Shown here: positions 7,802-12,125 of the stretch, one piece after another | Layout of the letters: each line of letters starts with the position of its first letter | Numbering within the stretch: position 1 is the first letter of the stretch | NCBI GenBank assembly: GCA_947085095.1 | Contig: CAMTVD010000023.1 | Coordinates: 1-12,125, forward strand | Length of the DNA stretch: 12,125 bases | Direction of reading: 5' to 3' | Origin: an uncultured Thermus sp. | GTDB lineage: Bacteria; Deinococcota; Deinococci; Deinococcales; Thermaceae | Notes under the pieces: generated by a model | What the model saw: only the letters and a program-made list of their open reading frames with translations | Databases searched by the model: none | What the model was told of the DNA's origin: nothing | Translations under genes and position numbers: made by a program

Positions 7802-8661
7802 CGCTCCTCCGCAAAGCCCACGCCGAAAAGGCCCTCTGGCCTAGCCACCAGGACCAAGACCATGATGAAAAGGGCCACCGCAGTCCGCAGAAAGGCCCCC
7901 CCTGGAACAAGGTTGATCACCAAAACCTCGGCAAAGGCCAGGACCAAGGCCCCCGAAAGGGCTCCGGGAAGGCTACCCAGCCCCCCCAGGACCACCGCGG
8001 CCAGGACCACCAGGAGGGGAGGGTTCCACATGTGGGGCTCGAGGGTGGCCATGGGAGCCACGGCCAAGCCCGCCAGAGCTGCCAGCAAGGCCCCTAGGCC
8101 CACGGCCCAGTACCCGGCACGGGAGAGGCTTATGCCCACGAGCTCCGCCGCCTCCTGGTCCTGGGCTGCGGCCCGGATCCCAAGGCCGAGCCGCGTTCCC
8201 TTCAGGAGGGCCCACGCGGCCAAAAGCACTGCGGCAGCGAAGCCCAGGGCCAGAAGGGCCTGCTGGGCCACCCGCACCCCCAGGACCTCCACGTACCCGG
8301 GAAGGAGGGCGGGCACAGAGCGAAAGTGCCCCCCAAAGAGAAGGAGGACCACCTCCTGCAGGAGGAGGGCTAGGGTGATGGTGACGATGAGCACTGTGGC
8401 CTCGTGCTCCCTCAGGGGCTCGAGGAGGAGCCCGTAGGCGGCCAGGGCCAGGAGGAGAACAATGAGAACCCCGAGGAGAGCTGCCCCAGCGAAGCCCGTC
8501 CACCCCAGGAAGAAGAAAAGGGCGTAGGCGGCCACCATGTAGAAGGCCGTGTGGGCCAGGTTCAGGATCCGGGCCACCCCGTAGGTGAGGGCGAACCCCA
8601 GAGCCAGCATCCCGTAGATGCCGCTCAGGACTAGGCCGTTGACCAGGATGGCTGCGAGCAT
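7798..8661 (-). CDS. LIV/HAAT-family ABC permease (LivH-like)
   Basis: NGL..SGIYG.LALGF.L.YG..RILNLAH, TRLG.GIRA.AQD.EAA.L.GI, VVLGGLGSLPGA and RPEGLFG. Confidence 0.95.
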   Translation of the reverse strand: MLAAILVNGLVLSGIYGMLALGFALTYGVARILNLAHTAFYMVAAYALFFFLGWTGFAGAALLGVLIVLLLALAAYGLLLEPLREHEATVLIVTITLALLLQEVVLLLFGGHFRSVPALLPGYVEVLGVRVAQQALLALGFAAAVLLAAWALLKGTRLGLGIRAAAQDQEAAELVGISLSRAGYWAVGLGALLAALAGLAVAPMATLEPHMWNPPLLVVLAAVVLGGLGSLPGALSGALVLAFAEVLVINLVPGGAFLRTAVALFIMVLVLVARPEGLFGVGFAEER

Positions 8662-9963
8662 CTACCGCCTCCAGGCCTCCACCACCCAGGGGGGCAGCTG
8701 GTAGGGGCGCACGCCCGCATAGCTGATCACCTTGTCCCCCACCCGCCAGTTGCGAGGCCAGAAGGCCTGCATGCGGTTGCCCACCCACTGGACCCCAAGC
8801 CCGGTGGTGAAGCCAGGACCCCAGGTGACATCGTGCGTTTTGTCAAAGACAAGCCGGCCGGAAGGACCCACAAAATCGGTGGCCTCCAGGGCCTTGACCA
8901 CCGCCTCCACATCCAGGGTGCCAGCCCGGTTCAGGGCATCCGCAAGGATGTAGAGGGCCCCGTAGGCTCCGCTGGCGGTGTAGATGGGGAACTCCTTGAA
9001 ACGAGCCTGGAAGCTGGTGATGAAGGGGATGGTCTTGGGGGTGATGGCCACGCCCGGAGCCAGGGTACTGAGGGTGGCCACGTAGTTCCCCAGGTTATCC
9101 GTGGCCTTGAGCCAGGTCTCCTGCTGGGCTTCCACGTTGATGCCCACAGGGGCGGCGGGGATCCTCAGGCGTCCCCAGTCACGCCCGAAGGGAACCCCTA
9201 CAGGGCCGGAGAGGACCGTGTAGATCACCTGGGCCCCGGCGCGCTGGATGGCGGTGAGCTCCGAGGTGACATCGGTCGCCACCGCCGAAGGCCGCCAGGT
9301 CCCCGCCACTTCGGCCCCATACCCCTGGGGCGGGGGTGCGGCGATAAGCCGGGTGGCCGTCTCCACCAGCGGATCGGCCCAGGCCGCCCGTTCGGCCAGG
9401 ATGGCCACCTTGGGCCGCTGAATGCCAAGCTGCTGCCGCACCGCCTGGACCACCTCGCTTAGGAGTAGGAGAGAGGTGCGGGCCAGGTCGCTGGACCTGG
9501 TGGGGCTTACGCGGAAAAGGTACTTGAAGCGGTCGTAGTTCCGGTCCACACGGCCGGTGAGGATCCCGTCCAAGCCCGCACCCGTGATGATGAAGATCCT
9601 CTTGTAGTCCGCCGCCACCTCGGTCATGGCCAGGACCGCCTCACTCCGGAAGCCCCCAACAAGGAAGTCCACGCGCTGGGCGGTGATAGCCCGCTCCACG
9701 GCGGTAGCCGCATCGGTTACGCTCAGCATCTCGTTGGTATCCACCCTTAGTAGCTCAACGCGGTAGCGTCTGTCCCCCACCTGGATGCCCCCGGCGCGGT
9801 TGATCTCCTCCGCGGCCAGAGTGGCTCCGTACCACATATGGGCCCCCTGCACGAAGGCCATGGGTCCCACTACGCCAATCCTTAGGGTCTGGGCCCAAGC
9901 CAGCGAGGTTAGGACAGCTAAACCCCCGAGCGTAAGCCACTTGAACATCACTATCCTTAACAT
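8662..9963 (-). CDS. LIV/HAAT-family ABC substrate-binding protein (periplasmic binding protein type I)
   Basis: Signal peptide ending LTSLAWA|Q, followed by LRIGVVGP, GA.LA.EEIN.AGGI and F.GPSG.L.FD. Start placed at ATG 9963 (433 aa) after a GGGGGGAG SD, because the track start at 10071 lies at the promoter itself. ATG 9948 is an alternative. Confidence 0.9.
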   Translation of the reverse strand: MLRIVMFKWLTLGGLAVLTSLAWAQTLRIGVVGPMAFVQGAHMWYGATLAAEEINRAGGIQVGDRRYRVELLRVDTNEMLSVTDAATAVERAITAQRVDFLVGGFRSEAVLAMTEVAADYKRIFIITGAGLDGILTGRVDRNYDRFKYLFRVSPTRSSDLARTSLLLLSEVVQAVRQQLGIQRPKVAILAERAAWADPLVETATRLIAAPPPQGYGAEVAGTWRPSAVATDVTSELTAIQRAGAQVIYTVLSGPVGVPFGRDWGRLRIPAAPVGINVEAQQETWLKATDNLGNYVATLSTLAPGVAITPKTIPFITSFQARFKEFPIYTASGAYGALYILADALNRAGTLDVEAVVKALEATDFVGPSGRLVFDKTHDVTWGPGFTTGLGVQWVGNRMQAFWPRNWRVGDKVISYAGVRPYQLPPWVVEAWRR

Positions 9964-10040
9964 CCTTAGCTCCCCCCTTCTAAGCCAGGTGTTCCGCCAA
10001 AGACTCTGACCGTCTTCCAGACGGACTCGTTGGGCGAAGT

Positions 10041-10056
10041 TACCGACTAGTCGGTC
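10041..10056. promoter_or_regulatory. TetR-type operator (PfmR-like box) for the ABC/ligase operon
   Basis: TACCGACTAGTCGGTC contains the perfect 14-bp palindrome ACCGACTAGTCGGT (10042-10055). It has 2 mismatches to the T. thermophilus PfmR consensus TACCGACCGNTNGGTN (recalled from literature) and lies just downstream of the predicted start site. Confidence 0.75.
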
Positions 10057-10071
10057 GGGACGGTTGAGCAT

Positions 10072-10100
10072 AGGTTAACCCCTCAACCCCGAAGTGTCAA
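10072..10100 (-). promoter_or_regulatory. Sigma-A promoter of the ABC/ligase operon
   Basis: On the minus strand: TTGACA (10100-10095), 17-nt spacer, TAACCT (10077-10072). Confidence 0.8.
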
Positions 10101-10195
10101 GAGGGGGCGCAGCTGAGCCCTCATCACTTTGAGGGCCGGGGCTTGACAAGGGGAAAAGAAGAGGGGGGGTTAGTAAGGTGTGCAACCCTGGGGTA

Positions 10196-10409
10196 GGGGC
10201 CCCAAAGAGGAAGGGTTCCGGGACCTGAAGGGGCAGGGGTTTGGCTTGGACCGGCACCGGCTCAGGACGGGGGCGAGCCTTAGGGGGTGGTTGTGGCTTC
10301 TGGCGTTGGGGGTGGTGCTCTTGCTTCTCCTTGGGGCCGGTTTGCGGGGCAAGGAATGGCTTACCCACCTCCTGGCCCATCCCGAGCGGCAGAGCCTCTT
10401 TGGGGCCCC
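10196..10409. repeat. Perfect 15-bp inverted repeat pair inside the IS remnant
   Basis: GGGGCCCCAAAGAGG (10196-10210) and CCTCTTTGGGGCCCC (10395-10409). The match extends to 19/21 over 10190-10210 and 10395-10415. Confidence 0.85.
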
Positions 10410-10533
10410 CTCCCCCCAAATGAACTGCTTCCGCCTGGCCCGGATCGCCCTGGCCCAGGGGCCCCCGCCCTGGCGGGAAGCGGTGGTGGTGGGGCTGGCC
10501 AGGTTGCTTCAGGAGCTGGGAGGGGGCAAGTGA
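10207..10533 (+). pseudogene. IS4-family transposase, C-terminal remnant
   Basis: EEGFRDLK.QGFGLD...L matches the IS4 '(Y..R..I)EE.FRD.K' region, followed by a hydrophobic helix and R.SLF/FRLA. The N-terminal DDE core is absent. Confidence 0.8.
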
Positions 10534-10556
10534 TGAGAGGTCAGACAGGCCCCACC

Positions 10557-10586
10557 TTGACAGGAGATAGCCGAGGGGCTTAATAT
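10557..10586 (+). promoter_or_regulatory. Sigma-A promoter of the serine hydrolase gene
   Basis: TTGACA (10557-10562), 18-nt spacer, TAATAT (10581-10586). Confidence 0.75.
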
Positions 10587-10597
10587 GGCCTCAATTC

Positions 10598-10613
10598 TAC
10601 CGAACGGTCGGTA
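10598..10613. promoter_or_regulatory. TetR-type operator (PfmR-like box) for the serine hydrolase
   Basis: TACCGAACGGTCGGTA. Its reverse complement TACCGACCGTTCGGTA fits TACCGACCGNTNGGTN exactly, and it sits immediately downstream of the -10 box. Confidence 0.8.
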
Positions 10614-10625
10614 AGGAGGTGAGGG

Positions 10626-10715
10626 ATGGGCCCAGGTCGCCAACACCGAACTCCGCCTGAACCAGTCGAGGCAAGGGCCCCTAGCGTCCGCAGCATCCCT
10701 CCAGCAACCTTTTAG
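10626..10715 (+). other. Possible 29-aa upstream ORF or degraded gene remnant (MGPGRQHRTPPEPVEARAPSVRSIPPATF*)
   Basis: Strong SD TAAGGAGGTGA (10612-10622) precedes ATG 10626. The TAG stop (10713-10715) overlaps the hydrolase SD TAGGAGGTGA. Confidence 0.35.
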
Positions 10716-10728
10716 GAGGTGATGTAAG

Positions 10729-11970
10729 GTGAAGGGTAAAACTTGGATCACCCTTGGGTTCCTCCTGAGCTTGGCCTTAGCCCAGGTCCAGGAGGGGGTG
10801 GACTTAAGCCGGCTCGCCGCCTTCAAGGCCCACCTCGAGGCTGAGGTGGACCAGGGCAGGCTCCCCGGGGCGGTATTCTTGGTGGCCCGAAACGGCCGGG
10901 TGGTCCTCCACGAGGCCGTGGGGTACCTGGATCCCACGACCAAGGCCTCCATGTCCAAAGAGGCCATCTTCCGGGTTTACTCCATGACAAAGCCCCTGAC
11001 CTCGGTCTTAACCTTGCAGATGGTGGAGGAAGGGAGGCTTTTCCTTACCGACCCCATCGCCCTCTACCTCCCTGAGTTCCGGGACCTCAGGGTAGGGGTA
11101 GAGAAGTCCCAAGATGGGAGATCCGTGCTGGAGCTTGCCCCCGCGCCAAGGCCCATCACCATCTACGACCTCCTGCGCCACACCTCTGGAATAACCTACG
11201 GGATCTTCTTTGATTCCCTGGTTAAGCAGGAATACCGCAAGGTAGGGGTGGACGCTGTAGACCAGACCCCGGAGGAGTTCCTCAGCAAGCTCGCCCGCCT
11301 TCCCCTCCAGTTTTCACCAGGCTCGGTGTGGGAGTACGGTAACTCCACGGACCTCCTGGGCCACCTCCTGGAAAAGATAGCGGGGAAAAGCCTCGCCGAG
11401 CTCATGGCAGAGCGCATCTTCAAACCCCTGGGAATGGCCGATAGCGGCTTCCAGGTGCCTAAGGAGAAGTGGCAACGGATCGCCGAGCCCTTCCGTCAGG
11501 ACCCCTTTACCCGAAGCCCCACCCCTCCAGCCCTCAACATCCGAGAACCCCCCAAGCGTTACTCGGGGGGTGCGGGAGCCGTGGCCACAGCCTTGGACTA
11601 CTACCGCTTTCTCCAGGCCCTCCTGAATGGGGGGGAGCTTGCAGGTAAGCGCATCCTCTCTCGCAAGAGCGTGGAGCTCCTCACTCGGGATCACCTTGGA
11701 CCCCTCTATCTCCCCTCCCTACAGCGGGGAGGCCCCTACCTCCCGGGCCCAGGGTACGGTTTCGGCCTAGGTGTGGCCGTACGCCTTTCCGAGGGAGGCA
11801 GTCCCCTTCCGGGATCGGCGGGAGACTACTTCTGGGCAGGGCTTTTCGGCACTTACTTCTTCGTGGACCCCAAGGAGCGGCTCGTGGGCATTTACATGAT
11901 GCAGAATCCCGGAGGGCGCACCTACTACGCCCAGCTCTTTAGGAACGCAGTCTACGCCAGTTTGCGCTGA
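10729..11970 (+). CDS. Secreted serine hydrolase, beta-lactamase class C-like fold (family VIII esterase-like)
   Basis: 413 aa with GTG start and SD AGGAGG. Sec signal peptide MKGKTWITLGFLLSLALA|Q, catalytic SMTK (SxxK, 10981-10992), LLRHTSG, PG..WEYGNSTD (catalytic Tyr) and WAG..GT.F.VDP. Confidence 0.93.
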   Translation: MKGKTWITLGFLLSLALAQVQEGVDLSRLAAFKAHLEAEVDQGRLPGAVFLVARNGRVVLHEAVGYLDPTTKASMSKEAIFRVYSMTKPLTSVLTLQMVEEGRLFLTDPIALYLPEFRDLRVGVEKSQDGRSVLELAPAPRPITIYDLLRHTSGITYGIFFDSLVKQEYRKVGVDAVDQTPEEFLSKLARLPLQFSPGSVWEYGNSTDLLGHLLEKIAGKSLAELMAERIFKPLGMADSGFQVPKEKWQRIAEPFRQDPFTRSPTPPALNIREPPKRYSGGAGAVATALDYYRFLQALLNGGELAGKRILSRKSVELLTRDHLGPLYLPSLQRGGPYLPGPGYGFGLGVAVRLSEGGSPLPGSAGDYFWAGLFGTYFFVDPKERLVGIYMMQNPGGRTYYAQLFRNAVYASLR

Positions 11971-11985
11971 TGGGAAGGCTTTCCG

Positions 11986-12125
11986 GGGTCGTGTCAAGAG
12001 TTATGTGTAAGAGTCTGTGTACGGGGGGCATACCGCTCCTGAAGCATCTTCTCCAGCACCTCCTTCACCTCCGAGAACCCCTTTAGTTTCCGTTCTGCCC
12101 ACCTCCCTTCCTGCCTCTCCGACTC
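11986..12125 (-). mobile_element. IS256-family insertion sequence, transposase-3' end (continues beyond the window)
   Basis: Terminal sequence GG(G)TCGTGTCAAGAGTTATGTGTAA resembles IS256-family ends, and the transposase stop lies within it. The exact first base is uncertain by 1-2 nt. Confidence 0.8.
11994..12125 (-). CDS. IS256-family transposase C-terminus (partial)
   Basis: Not in the ORF track. Minus-strand translation is ESERQEGRWAERKLKGFSEVKEVLEKMLQERYAPRTQTLTHNS*. The W..R...GF pattern and the 'LTH.' ending inside the terminal repeat are typical of IS256 transposases. Confidence 0.8.
   Translation of the reverse strand, partial: ESERQEGRWAERKLKGFSEVKEVLEKMLQERYAPRTQTLTHNS

Larger units (their letters stand above)
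10113..10544 (+). mobile_element. Internally deleted, non-autonomous IS4-family element (432 bp) retaining both terminal inverted repeats
   Basis: Left end CTGAGCCCTCATCACTT (10113-10129) matches the reverse complement of the right end, CTGACCTCTCATCACTT (10528-10544), at 15/17 positions. It encloses a transposase C-terminal fragment whose stop codon lies in the right repeat. Confidence 0.8.

Noticed and set aside
66..9462. Numerous antisense and alternate-frame ORFs (e.g. 352..1125, 1470..2288, 3540..4172, 7973..8788, 8833..9462)
   Set aside because: These are shadow ORFs expected at high GC. They overlap well-supported genes and show no recognisable motifs.
10010..10024. Hairpin CCGTCT-TCC-AGACGG in the ABC operon 5' UTR as a riboswitch or attenuator
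   Set aside because: A 6-bp stem only, with no U-tract or recognisable aptamer; plausible by chance.
9964..10071. N-terminal extension of the binding protein given by the ORF track
   Set aside because: It begins at the -10 box, spans the operator, and would displace the signal peptide.
10143..10176. Third TTGACA as an active promoter inside the IS remnant
   Set aside because: No acceptable -10 at 16-18 nt spacing; TAGTAA is 22 nt away.
10729..11970. True beta-lactamase or antibiotic resistance gene
   Set aside because: It has WAG rather than the KTG triad, plus LLxHTSG, typical of family VIII esterase-like hydrolases, and it lies in a catabolic context.
11969..11997. Antisense hybrid promoter from the IS256 end (minus-strand TTGACA at 11997-11992)
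   Set aside because: No -10-like hexamer at the proper spacing in the flank.
10113..12125. Composite transposon carrying the hydrolase
   Set aside because: The flanking elements belong to different families (IS4 and IS256) with unrelated ends.
1..12125. CRISPR array, tRNA/rRNA, or defence-system genes
   Set aside because: No regularly spaced repeats, RNA gene signatures or defence-type domains were seen.

Overview
High-GC window with Thermus-like coding style and promoters, dedicated to organic or fatty acid catabolism. The + strand starts with the 3' end of a probable TRAP fused permease and an 80-aa orphan ORF. These lead into an overlapping cluster of an ACAD10/11- or LvaC-type acyl-CoA dehydrogenase, an APH-family (LvaA-like) phosphotransferase, a small LvaB/DUF6285-like protein and a histidine phosphatase. 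Converging on it is a - strand operon for a LIV/HAAT-type ABC importer with an acyl-CoA ligase embedded between the permease and ATPase genes. A secreted beta-lactamase-fold (family VIII-like) serine hydrolase is transcribed divergently from that operon. Both divergent sigma-A promoters carry a PfmR-like TetR operator. A 432-bp internally deleted IS4-family element sits symmetrically between their -35 boxes. The window ends in the 3' end of an IS256-family element. Main hypothesis (inference): a co-regulated system for ester/lactone hydrolysis, import, CoA activation and 4-phospho-acyl-CoA processing of 4-hydroxy or 4-oxo acids. All family calls come from motif recognition by eye; no searches were run.
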